64,000 nt of DNA from an uncultured bacterium (GTDB lineage Bacteria > Verrucomicrobiota > Verrucomicrobiia > Limisphaerales > UBA8199). The stretch covers positions 288,001-352,000 of the forward strand of contig CAVVMW010000001.1 of assembly GCA_963749495.1 (NCBI GenBank). The letters run 5' to 3'. Made by a program: the position numbers and the translations under genes. Positions 8,747 to 17,526 of this stretch are shown one piece after another. Each line of letters starts with the position of its first letter. Position 1 is the first letter of the stretch. The notes under the pieces were generated by a model. It ran no database searches and was not told the origin of the DNA. It saw only the letters and a program-made list of their open reading frames with translations.

Positions 8747-9679
8747 TCACGCCTCGACGCTCGCGGACCTGGCCAGGGCCAGGTCCACCATCTTCTGGCA
8801 AAGGCCGGCGTAACTCATGCCCGCGGCGGCTGCCGCCTTGGGCAGCAGGCTCGTCTCGGTCATGCCCGGCAGGGTGTTGACCTCCAGCACGACCGGTTCG
8901 CCGCTGGGCCGCACCATCACGTCCACCCGGCCATAGTCGCGCCCGCCGATGGCGACAAAGGCCCCGAGGCCCGCCGCCTGGATGCGCGCCGTGGTGGCCT
9001 CGTCGAACGGGGCGGGGCAGAGATACTCGGTGTTGCCGGGCGTATATTTGTTCTGGTAATCGTAGGAACCGGTCCGTGGACGGACCTCGACCACCGGCAG
9101 CGGTTGGCCGCCCAGGATGCCGACGGTGCTCTCGCGGCCGGCTATCTTTTCCTCCACCAGGGCCTGCGAATCGTAGCGCAACGCCTCGGCCAGCGCGTGG
9201 TTCCAATCCACGACTCGCTCGACGAACTGAAGGCCCACGCTCGACCCCTGCCTGAGGGGCTTGAGCACCAGTGGCGGGTTCCAGCCCCGCGGCCAGGAGG
9301 CAGTCGAGGAATCCACCACCGTGAAACGGGCTGTGGGGATCCCGGCCTCCGCGAAACGCTGTTTGCTGAGGAACTTGTCAAAGGCCACCCGGCTGGCCTC
9401 CGGGCCGCAGCCCGTGTAGGGGACGCCCAATTCTTCGAGGCGCCGCTGCACGGTGCCGTCCTCGCCATAAGTCCCATGAAGGACCAGAAACACAACTTGC
9501 GTGCCCTCGGGCAAGGCCCAGGCCGGCTCCCTGGGGTCCAACTCGTGGACACGGTGGCCCAGCGAGCGCAGGGCCTTGGCCACGGCCGCGCCGGAGCGCA
9601 ACGAAACTTCACGCTCCGCGCTCGGCCCCCCCAGCATCACGGTGATGGCCAATACTCGACTGCTGCTAATCTGTTCCAT
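8747..9679 (-). CDS. ddl: D-alanine--D-alanine ligase
   Basis: GGPSAEREVSL, LHGTYGEDG, KP..QGSSVG, YDYQNKY, LEVNTLPGMT. Confidence 0.95.
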   Translation of the reverse strand: MEQISSSRVLAITVMLGGPSAEREVSLRSGAAVAKALRSLGHRVHELDPREPAWALPEGTQVVFLVLHGTYGEDGTVQRRLEELGVPYTGCGPEASRVAFDKFLSKQRFAEAGIPTARFTVVDSSTASWPRGWNPPLVLKPLRQGSSVGLQFVERVVDWNHALAEALRYDSQALVEEKIAGRESTVGILGGQPLPVVEVRPRTGSYDYQNKYTPGNTEYLCPAPFDEATTARIQAAGLGAFVAIGGRDYGRVDVMVRPSGEPVVLEVNTLPGMTETSLLPKAAAAAGMSYAGLCQKMVDLALARSASVEA

Positions 9680-9722
9680 TTTGCTCTCTCATTCGCCAAT
9701 GATCTCCACTTTGCTCTGCCGC

Positions 9723-9833
9723 GTTCAGGGTTCAGGGTTCACCGTTCAGGGTTCACGGTTCACGTTTCACATTCCTGAATGGCCAATAGCTAATAGCCAA
9801 TAGCCAATCTTCACGTTTCACCTTTCACGTTTC
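9723..9833. repeat. Heptamer microsatellites (TTCAGGG/TTCACGT/AATAGCC) between murB and ddl
   Basis: Visible tandem 7-mers. Confidence 0.8.
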
Positions 9834-10785
9834 ATGGTGCTGACTCGCCGAGGATCTCCACTTCGCTCTCCAACTCGATCCCGCGCTCGGTCCGGGCGCG
9901 CTCCCGGATGAGGGCGATCAGTTGGAGGATGTCCTGCGCGGTGGCGCTGCCGTCATTGACAATGAAATTGCCGTGTTCGAGCGAGACGGAGGCCCCGCCA
10001 ATGCGCGTGCCCTTGAGCCCCAGCTCATCGATGAGCCGGCCGGCCGGGATGGCGGCGGGGTTCTTGAAGGCGCAGCCGGCGCTGGAGGCGGCCGGCTGGG
10101 TGCTCTTGCGTCTGCGGCTGAATTCGTCCATCCGGCGCTGGATGCGCTCCGGCAGATCGGACCCGCCGTGCAGCACGGCGCCCACTGCAATCTGCGCCTT
10201 CAAAGCGGGGCAGTCGCGATAGCCGGCCTTCAGTCCCGCGCCAGGCAACTCGCGCACCTGGCCGGACGCGTCCATGACGCGAACCGACTGGACCAGATCG
10301 AAAGTCGAGCCGCCCATGGCGCCGGCGTTCATGCGGAGGCCACCGCCCACGCTCCCTGGAATGCCTTCGAGGAATTCAAACCCCGTCAGGCCGTGGCGCC
10401 AGGCCTTGGCGGCCACCTCCTTCAAACGGGCGCCCGCTCCGCAATGCAGAAGCCTCCCGCTCACTTCGATCCGGCAAAAGCCCGGCTGCGCCAGGCAGAT
10501 CACCACGCCGCGGAAACCGCCGTCGCGGACCAGGAGGTTCGATCCGCGCCCCAGCACGAACCACGGCAGTGCCCGCGCTGCGCAAAACTCCAGCACTCTC
10601 GCCAGGTCCGCTTCCGCAGCCGGCTCCACGTAGAGGTCGGCCGGGCCGCCCACGCGGAGAGTCGTTCGCCTGGCCAGCAGTTCGAGGCTCCGAACCAGGG
10701 TCCCTGCCGAGACCTGCTGTGCCAACTCGGCGGCGAGCCGTTCGGGGCCGAGGGCGGCGCTGGGGGTAGGGTTGGGCTGGGTCAT
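9832..10785 (-). CDS. murB: UDP-N-acetylenolpyruvoylglucosamine reductase
   Basis: TTLRVGGPA, LGRGSNLL, EGIPGSVGG..MNAGA, SAGCAFKNP, HGNFIVN, LESEV; ATGA overlap with murG. Confidence 0.95.
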   Translation of the reverse strand: MTQPNPTPSAALGPERLAAELAQQVSAGTLVRSLELLARRTTLRVGGPADLYVEPAAEADLARVLEFCAARALPWFVLGRGSNLLVRDGGFRGVVICLAQPGFCRIEVSGRLLHCGAGARLKEVAAKAWRHGLTGFEFLEGIPGSVGGGLRMNAGAMGGSTFDLVQSVRVMDASGQVRELPGAGLKAGYRDCPALKAQIAVGAVLHGGSDLPERIQRRMDEFSRRRKSTQPAASSAGCAFKNPAAIPAGRLIDELGLKGTRIGGASVSLEHGNFIVNDGSATAQDILQLIALIRERARTERGIELESEVEILGESAP

Positions 10786-11936
10786 GAGACAGGCAAAGTC
10801 AAGGCGGCCGGATTGGTTTGGGCAGAGGACCGAGCGGCAACGGTCTGGAGGATGGCCTCGGCGATTTGTGCGGCGGCGCGCGGGGCGTGCCACTGGGCCA
10901 GGGCCTGCTGCGCTGTCTGCCGCGCGCCCGGTTCTTCCACCAACTCCTGCAACAGGCGGGCCAGGCCCTCGGGCGAGGCCGCCGTCTCTTCCAGGAGGCG
11001 GGCGGCGCCGGTGGCTTCGAGCGCGCGGGCATTATGGAATTGGTGGTTGTCGGCAGCGGTAGGGTAGGGGATGAGCACGCTGGGCAGGCGCATCGCCGCC
11101 AGTTCGGCCAGGGACGAGGCCCCGGCCCGGCTCACGGCGGCCGTGGCGGCGCCCAGGGCCAGGTCCATCGCGGCAAAAAACGGGTGGACCTGGGCGCAGA
11201 GACCGGCCGTGGCATAGGCCAGCCTGACGGCCGGGGCTTCGTCCGGACCCGTCAGATGGAACCACTGCCAATGCCGGCGGGTCGGGGCCAGCAGCGGGAG
11301 CGTCCGGCAGACCAGCGAATTGATCGCCCGGGCGCCCTGGCTGCCGCCCATGACCAGCAGGAGGGGGGGCGCCGGGTCCAGGCCCAGGGCGGCGCGGCAG
11401 GCGGCGGCCTGGCGCGGCTGGAACTGGGAACGCACGGGCGTGCCCGTCACAGTCACATTGCGGGTGTGCAGGCGCGCCCCAGCGCCGGGGAAACCGATGA
11501 AGGCGCGCTCGACGAGCCAGGAGAGCCAGCGATTGGCCCGGCCCGGGACCGAGTTCGACTCGTGCAGGAATGTCCGCGCTCCCAGCCGCCGGGCCGCCAG
11601 GAGGGGCGGCGCGCTGGTGAACCCGCCCATGGCCAGCGCCGCTTGAGGAGGATGTGCCCTGAAGGCGGCCGTCGCCGCGCGATAGGACCGCACAAAGCCG
11701 CGGAGAAAGGAGAGCATCCTGCCGCGTGTCAGGGCCACACCCGGCAGGGTCACCAACTCGAGGCCCGAAGCGGATTTCACAGCCTGCTGGTCCACCTCTT
11801 TGGGAGAGATGAGCAACGTGACGGCCGCGCCGCCCTGGCGAAGGCGCTCGGCGACCGCCAGGCCGGGAAAGAGATGGCCTCCGGTGCCACCGCAGGCGAT
11901 GGCGATGCGGAGAGGAGGCGTTGTGGAACCGGTCAT
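10782..11936 (-). CDS. murG: Lipid I N-acetylglucosamine transferase MurG
   Basis: GGTGGHLFPG, GGFTS, HESN..PGRAN, GTPVR, GGSQGA, SRAGASS, HQFHNA. Confidence 0.95.
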   Translation of the reverse strand: MTGSTTPPLRIAIACGGTGGHLFPGLAVAERLRQGGAAVTLLISPKEVDQQAVKSASGLELVTLPGVALTRGRMLSFLRGFVRSYRAATAAFRAHPPQAALAMGGFTSAPPLLAARRLGARTFLHESNSVPGRANRWLSWLVERAFIGFPGAGARLHTRNVTVTGTPVRSQFQPRQAAACRAALGLDPAPPLLLVMGGSQGARAINSLVCRTLPLLAPTRRHWQWFHLTGPDEAPAVRLAYATAGLCAQVHPFFAAMDLALGAATAAVSRAGASSLAELAAMRLPSVLIPYPTAADNHQFHNARALEATGAARLLEETAASPEGLARLLQELVEEPGARQTAQQALAQWHAPRAAAQIAEAILQTVAARSSAQTNPAALTLPVS

Positions 11937-13261
11937 AGGGCGGGCAAAAGCTCTGGTTCCAGACCTTCGTCGCGGCCTTTGTCGGCGCCTTTGTCGAAAA
12001 ATGGCCAATCCGACAAAGGTTTCGACAAAGGCCGCGACAAAGGTGGCGCACTCGCGCGGCCTTCATCCATCTTTCTGCCCCCATCTTTCTGCCTTTCAGT
12101 CTTCTGCCATTTCGGTTGCGCCGGCTGCGCGCGGAAGGGGTTGGGGTCGTGGAACTCCTCGTCCTGGTCGGGCATGTCTTGGGTGGCCTCGTCGGTGCGG
12201 CCATGGCGGGCGATGCTCAGGAGCAGGCCCACGCCGGCCAGCAGGACCAGGAGGTTGGAGCCGCCACGGCTGATGAATGGCAGAGGCAGGCCCTTGTTGG
12301 GCAAGGCGCTGGTGACGACGCCGATGTTGACCGCCGCTTGGAAGGCGATGAGGAACGAAATGCCCGAACCCAGCAGCAGCCCGAATGAGTCGGAGGCATT
12401 CCAGGCGATGTAGAGCCCGCAGATGAAGCAGGCCACAAAAGCGGCCAGGACCAGGCCCGTTCCCACCAGGCCCAGTTCTTCGCCGATGATGGCGAAGATG
12501 AAATCGGTCTTGTGTTCGGGCAGGTATCCCAGCTTCTGGCGGCTGTCTCCCAGGCCGCGCCCGGTGACCCCGCCGCTGCCCAGGGCGACCATCGCCTCGT
12601 AGGCCTGCATGCCCTTGGCCTTGCGCGTCTCCTCGACGTGGAGCCAGGAATAAATCCGCCCATTCCGCACCGGATTATGATGAATGAACAGGCCCACCGC
12701 CAGCAGGCCCACCAGGACCGGAGGCACGAAATACCGGAGCCGAATCCCAGCAATGAGCAGGACCACCCCGCTCACGGCCCAGAGCACCAGGGCGTTGCCG
12801 ACGTCGGGCTCCAGGAAGACCAAACCGGCCACCAGCCCGATAGCCAGGCCCGGCAGCAGGATGCCGCGCACCAGACCTTCCATCTGGCGCCGGCAGCGTT
12901 CCCCATACCACGCCAGGGCGATCAGCAGCGCTAGCTTCGCAAATTCCGAGGGTTGAAAGCTCAGCCCGAACCGGTTGAACCAGCGCCGCGCCCCGCCATG
13001 CACCGTGCCGATGCCCGGCGCCAGCACCAATCCCAGCAAGATGATCGCGCCGGCCAGCAACAGCCACCACACGTACTTGAGCCAGCGATAATCGATCATC
13101 AACGCCAGTGCGCACACCGCGAGCCCCAGCCCGCACCAGACCGATTGCAGCGCCAGGTAATGCAAGCCGTCGTGGGCCATCGTCGAGCTATAGAGCATCA
13201 CCACGCCCAGGACCAGCAGGGCGGCCACGCTAAAAATCAGGATGGTAACGGCCACTTTCAT
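11933..13261 (-). CDS. ftsW: Peptidoglycan glycosyltransferase FtsW with repeat-derived C-terminal extension
   Basis: GARRW, QPSEFAK, EPDVG, YLPEHKTDFIFAIIGEE, LPFISRGGS. Confidence 0.95.
   Translation of the reverse strand: MKVAVTILIFSVAALLVLGVVMLYSSTMAHDGLHYLALQSVWCGLGLAVCALALMIDYRWLKYVWWLLLAGAIILLGLVLAPGIGTVHGGARRWFNRFGLSFQPSEFAKLALLIALAWYGERCRRQMEGLVRGILLPGLAIGLVAGLVFLEPDVGNALVLWAVSGVVLLIAGIRLRYFVPPVLVGLLAVGLFIHHNPVRNGRIYSWLHVEETRKAKGMQAYEAMVALGSGGVTGRGLGDSRQKLGYLPEHKTDFIFAIIGEELGLVGTGLVLAAFVACFICGLYIAWNASDSFGLLLGSGISFLIAFQAAVNIGVVTSALPNKGLPLPFISRGGSNLLVLLAGVGLLLSIARHGRTDEATQDMPDQDEEFHDPNPFRAQPAQPKWQKTERQKDGGRKMDEGRASAPPLSRPLSKPLSDWPFFDKGADKGRDEGLEPELLPAL
11945..12045. repeat. CCTTTGTCG/CGACAAAGG palindromic element inside the ftsW 3' end
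   Basis: Three CCTTTGTCG-like units facing three CGACAAAGG units; homologous copy at 56906-57018. Confidence 0.8.
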
Positions 13262-13374
13262 GAATCGCGGCGCAGGCCCGAGGTCTGCGTCTCCTCTCAA
13301 ATCGGTCCGTGGCTTGCTGGGGCATCGGAGCTTTCGTGCAGGACGCTCGGCTGCTCTGCTCGGACGCGCGGCAG

Positions 13375-14196
13375 CTACCGCCCGGACGGGCCGCCCGGAA
13401 CGGCGTTGGAGGTGTTTCCAGCAGGGGTCGAGGCGCCCGACGCCGATGAGGCGGTCTTGGGCGGAATCTTGAGTTTGTCGCCGACCTTGATCCGGTCGGA
13501 CCTGAGATTATTGGCCGCGCGCAGGGCCTTGACCTTCACGCCGAATTGCCGGGCGATCTTGGAGAGGGAATCGTTGGATTTGACCGTGTAGGTCTGCTGG
13601 CCGCCGGGAGTCTCAGTGCCAGCGCCCGCAGCCGCGCTGCCGCCGGACGGGGCGGGGGCCGAGGCCGAGGCCGGGATGTGAATGGTCTGGCCGATCTTCA
13701 GTTTGGTCGAGTCCACTCCCGGATTGAGGGACTGGAGGGCCTGGAGCGAGACGTGGTGGTTCTTGGCAATCTTCCAGAGCATGTCGCCTCTGACGATCTT
13801 GTATTCGGTGCCGCCGGCGGTGGCCGTGGGAGCGGCGGGGGCGGCGCTGGTCTCGGGGACCGAGGGCGGCAGGTACGGATTGGAGGCCGGGGAAGCGGCG
13901 GTCGGGGGCTGGGCGCTGGTGGTCGTGGCGGCGCTCTCGGGCGCCGCGTTGCTGGGCGGGGCGAAAGGCGGCGCGGGGTTGGTCTGGGCCGATTCGTAGG
14001 TCGAGCTTGGAGGGGCGTTGGACGCGGTGGAGCCGGAGGTGGATTTGTCATTGCCGCACCCTTGCATCAGCAAAGCGAAGAGGCCGATGCCGTGCAGGGC
14101 CAGGACGAAGATGACGGCGATCTTGAAGCGGACACGCTTCTTGTTTTTTTGCTCCAGAAGGGAGCCCTGTGGAATCAGCGGACTTTGATCATTCAT
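13375..14196 (-). CDS. Membrane-anchored protein with two LysM domains
   Basis: TM/lipobox LLMQGC, Pro/Ser linker, YKIVRGDMLWKIAK..LKIGQTIHIP and YTVKSNDSLSKIAR..IKVGDKLKIP. Confidence 0.9.
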   Translation of the reverse strand: MNDQSPLIPQGSLLEQKNKKRVRFKIAVIFVLALHGIGLFALLMQGCGNDKSTSGSTASNAPPSSTYESAQTNPAPPFAPPSNAAPESAATTTSAQPPTAASPASNPYLPPSVPETSAAPAAPTATAGGTEYKIVRGDMLWKIAKNHHVSLQALQSLNPGVDSTKLKIGQTIHIPASASAPAPSGGSAAAGAGTETPGGQQTYTVKSNDSLSKIARQFGVKVKALRAANNLRSDRIKVGDKLKIPPKTASSASGASTPAGNTSNAVPGGPSGR

Positions 14197-14633
14197 GGTA
14201 AGAGGGGGCAGGCACGCCGTTTTGTTGGTTGAGGTCGATTTCTAAAATCATGTTCAGTTGTCGAACAGGTCGTTAACGCTCTATCGCTTATGTTGGGGTT
14301 GCCCCAATGGCAACCACAATCTGTTGATTTCATCGTCTGCCAAAAGCATTCGCCCGGATGCGGGAGCCTGGTCAAAGCCGAACAAACCGGTGAAGTCAGA
14401 ACGCCATTGCTCGGGGCGGCATTTCTCGCCGTCCCGGCCACTGCTTTTATCAGCCAAGCGGCGCGGAGGCAAGCAGGAAATTGGAAATCCACGGCTACCG
14501 TCAGGCACCGCTACGCGGTGCCAAGTGATGCGGGCGCGCTGCGCCAGGAGGCTCACCATGTCGTTTTCGAGTTTCTGCGTTCTCACAAACTGACAACTGT
14601 CAACCGAGACTGACTGCCCCCGCGCCGCGCGGG

Positions 14634-15758
14634 CTAGCGGATCTTCAACGTGCTGAGCGCCACGACGGCGCACAGGATGCCAAGGATGTAGAAGCGCGTG
14701 ACCACTTGCGATTCGGTCCAGCCCTTCTTTTCAAAGTGATGGTGTATCGGGGCCATCAGGAACAGGCGCCGCCCGGTGCCATAGCGCATCCGGGTGTAAC
14801 GGAACCAGCCGGTTTGGAGTAAGACGGAAAGGGCCTCCATCACAAAGACCCCGCCGGCGATGACAATCAAGAAGGGCTGATGGATGAGCACGGCGATGAT
14901 GCCCAAGGCCCCGCCCAGGGCCAGCGAACCGGTGTCCCCCATGAACACCTGGGCCGGGTGGCAATTGTACCAAAGGAACCCCAGACCGGCGCCGATCATC
15001 GCGCCGCAAAACACGGTCAGCTCGCCCGCCCCCGGCACGTACGGGATGGCCAGATAAGTTGCCGCCCTGTAATTGTCGGCCACATAAGTCAGCACGACGA
15101 AGACAAATGAGACGATGAGGGTGCAGCCGATGGCCAGGCCGTCCATGCCGTCGGTCAGGTTCACCGCGTTGGAGCTGCCGACGATCGCCAGCATGGTCAG
15201 GACTATGCCTGCCACGGCCGCGCCCGTGGCGACAGGCCGTTTGTCAAAGGGCACCATGATGTCGGTGATGAGCCGCCGCGTGGCAGGCTGGCGCCACAAG
15301 TAAAGGGCGATGAACAGCGCCAGGGCCGATTGAATCCAGAGCTTGACCTGGACCGTGGCCCCGCCGCCGGTCTGCTGCGCGATCTTGGCGTAGTCGTCAT
15401 AAAACCCCAGCCCGCAGAGCACCACGACCGAGAAGAGGGCCAGCAACACCAGCGGGTTCAATTGCGCCCACAGCAGCGTTGTCAGGTTCAGGGCCAGGAC
15501 GATCAAGATGCCGCCCATGGTGGGCGTGCCCTTCTTGCGCTCACCCCGCTCGGCCATGCCGCCCGAGGCGGCCGCGACGTCCGCGTACTCCTGCCCGAAT
15601 CTCATTTGCCTGAGCCAGGCGATGACCTTGGGCGCCAGCAGCCAGCTCAAGACCAGGGCGGTCACCACCGCCCCGGCGGTGCGGAAGGTGATATAGCGGA
15701 ACAAGCGCATGGGCCCGAAGTGCTCTGCCCAGGTGGTGTGTGCCAGGTAGAAGAACAT
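14634..15758 (-). CDS. mraY: Phospho-N-acetylmuramoyl-pentapeptide transferase
   Basis: KKGTPTMGG, GFYDDY, SNAVNLTDGMDGL, FMGDTGS, MAPIHHHFE. Confidence 0.97.
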   Translation of the reverse strand: MFFYLAHTTWAEHFGPMRLFRYITFRTAGAVVTALVLSWLLAPKVIAWLRQMRFGQEYADVAAASGGMAERGERKKGTPTMGGILIVLALNLTTLLWAQLNPLVLLALFSVVVLCGLGFYDDYAKIAQQTGGGATVQVKLWIQSALALFIALYLWRQPATRRLITDIMVPFDKRPVATGAAVAGIVLTMLAIVGSSNAVNLTDGMDGLAIGCTLIVSFVFVVLTYVADNYRAATYLAIPYVPGAGELTVFCGAMIGAGLGFLWYNCHPAQVFMGDTGSLALGGALGIIAVLIHQPFLIVIAGGVFVMEALSVLLQTGWFRYTRMRYGTGRRLFLMAPIHHHFEKKGWTESQVVTRFYILGILCAVVALSTLKIR

Positions 15759-15815
15759 CAGATCATCCGGACGGTTTCACGTTTCACGTTTCACGTTGTG
15801 CCAGGCAGCAGCCCA

Positions 15816-17213
15816 TCAGTTCCTCCGGACGGTCTCGCCGCCGCGCAGCAACTCCCCTATCCGTTCCAGCCGCGCGGCGCGCGAGGCCTTCAGCAACAAC
15901 ACATCACCTGTCTTCAAGAAGCTTTTCAGCGCGTTGGCCGCCCCTTCCACGTCGGCGAACTCCAGCACCCGGTTCAGCCCGGCGTCGCGGGCGCCGCGCG
16001 CCGTCAAGGCGGCCATCTTGCCGACTGCGAAGATCTGGCCCACGCCCAATTCGGCGGCGCGGCGCCCCACCTCCTCGTGTGCGGCCTCGCTGTGCGCGCC
16101 CAACTCGGCCATGTCGCCCAGCACGGCCACGCGCCGTCCCTTGCAGGGCAGCTCGACCAGCGTCTGCAAGGCGGCCACCATGGAATCGGCGTTGGCGTTG
16201 TAGGTGTCGTCCAGGACATAGACCCCGTTGAGGTCCCAGGGCTGGAGCCGCATCCGGGCGGGCCTGCACCGGGCCAGGCCGCGCTCAATTTCCGCCCGCC
16301 CCAGGCCCAGTTCGCTGCCCACGGCGATGGCCAGCAGGGCATTGACCACCTGGTGCCGGCCCAGCAGATTCAGGCGATATTCCCCCGCCAGCTCGGCCCG
16401 CGGACCCTCGACCCGGAACGTGGCCCCGAGCTGGTCCGGCCGCACCGCGCGCGCGCGCCAATCATTGCTCTGCCCGAGGCCCGCGCGGACCAGGGTGGCG
16501 CGCCCGCGACGGGCTATAGGCGCGGTCCATTCGGAGTCGCCGCTGGCGAAGAGCAGGCCCTCGGCCGGGAGCAACTCCGCCAGCCAGCCTTCCTCGAGGG
16601 CCACGCCCTGGAGGTCGCCGAAGAATTCCAGGTGCTCGCGCCCAATCGAGGTGAGGACGCCCAGGCGCGGAGCGATCAAGCTCACCAGGGGCGCGAGTTC
16701 CCCGGGGTGGTTGGTGCCCGCCTCCAGCACTGCGGCCCGGTGGGTCGCCTCCAACCGCAACAACGTCAGCGGCACGCCCAGGTCGTTGTTGAAGCTGCTT
16801 TCGCTGGAGAGCGTCGCCCATTTCTGACACAGCACCGAGGCGAGCAACTCTTTGGTGGTCGTTTTCCCGTTCGAGCCGGCCACGGCCACGACGGGCAGTG
16901 AGAAATCCCGGCGATAGGCGCCCGCCAGGCGGCCCAGGGCGCGGCGCGTGTCCTGCACCTCGAGGAGCGCGCAGTGGGCCAGGCTGGCCGGGGCCCGGCC
17001 GCGCGCCACGACCGCTGCGGCCGCCCCTTTGCCGGCGGCCTCGGCCAGAAATGCGTGCCCATCGAACCGCTCGCCGGGCAATGCGAAAAACAAATCGCCG
17101 CGCTGGACCTGGCGGGAGTCGGAGCAGACGCGTCGAACCAGGGTGTCAGGCGAGCCGCTGAGCAGTTGGCCGCCGCAGCCGGCCGCTATCCAATGTAATG
17201 GGCGGGGTTCCAT
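15816..17213 (-). CDS. murF: UDP-MurNAc-tripeptide--D-Ala-D-Ala ligase
   Basis: DSR, GERFDGH, GSNGKTTTKE, FNNDLGVPLTL, EAGTNHPGE, DDTYNAN, LGDMAELG, LLKASR. Confidence 0.95.
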   Translation of the reverse strand: MEPRPLHWIAAGCGGQLLSGSPDTLVRRVCSDSRQVQRGDLFFALPGERFDGHAFLAEAAGKGAAAAVVARGRAPASLAHCALLEVQDTRRALGRLAGAYRRDFSLPVVAVAGSNGKTTTKELLASVLCQKWATLSSESSFNNDLGVPLTLLRLEATHRAAVLEAGTNHPGELAPLVSLIAPRLGVLTSIGREHLEFFGDLQGVALEEGWLAELLPAEGLLFASGDSEWTAPIARRGRATLVRAGLGQSNDWRARAVRPDQLGATFRVEGPRAELAGEYRLNLLGRHQVVNALLAIAVGSELGLGRAEIERGLARCRPARMRLQPWDLNGVYVLDDTYNANADSMVAALQTLVELPCKGRRVAVLGDMAELGAHSEAAHEEVGRRAAELGVGQIFAVGKMAALTARGARDAGLNRVLEFADVEGAANALKSFLKTGDVLLLKASRAARLERIGELLRGGETVRRN

Positions 17214-17261
17214 GGCGGGCGCTGCTAGGTTTCCTCGCAGGCAGAACCGATGCGGCCGGGT

Positions 17262-17457
17262 TCTGTCCCGGAGGGACATCTGAAAGAGCGTGTGATTTCG
17301 GCCGTCCCTTGGGGACTTGTTCCACTCGAGGGCCTGACCCGACGCTGAAACGTTGGGCTATTCTCGAGTCCGGCCGATGAGGACGCCACACCCCGGAATA
17401 TCGCCCTGACCCAGCGTTGAAACGTTGGGCTATTCTCGAGTGTCCCTTCGGGACAGA
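17262..17457. repeat. GTCCCGAAGGGAC-type palindromic element between ftsI and murF
   Basis: Terminal hairpins CTGTCCCGGAGGGACA and TGTCCCTTCGGGACAG; internal direct repeat TGAAACGTTGGGCTATTCTCGAGT. Confidence 0.75.
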
Positions 17458-17526
17458 GCCCAGGCCCGGGGCGGCAACCCGTTGCGCACCTGACATTTTG
17501 GAGGGAGTTTGACATATTAAAGATCG

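Noticed and set aside
14197..14633. murD remnant or ORFs between mraY and the LysM gene
   Set aside because: No Mur-ligase motifs in any listed frame; only a partial REP at about 14488-14522
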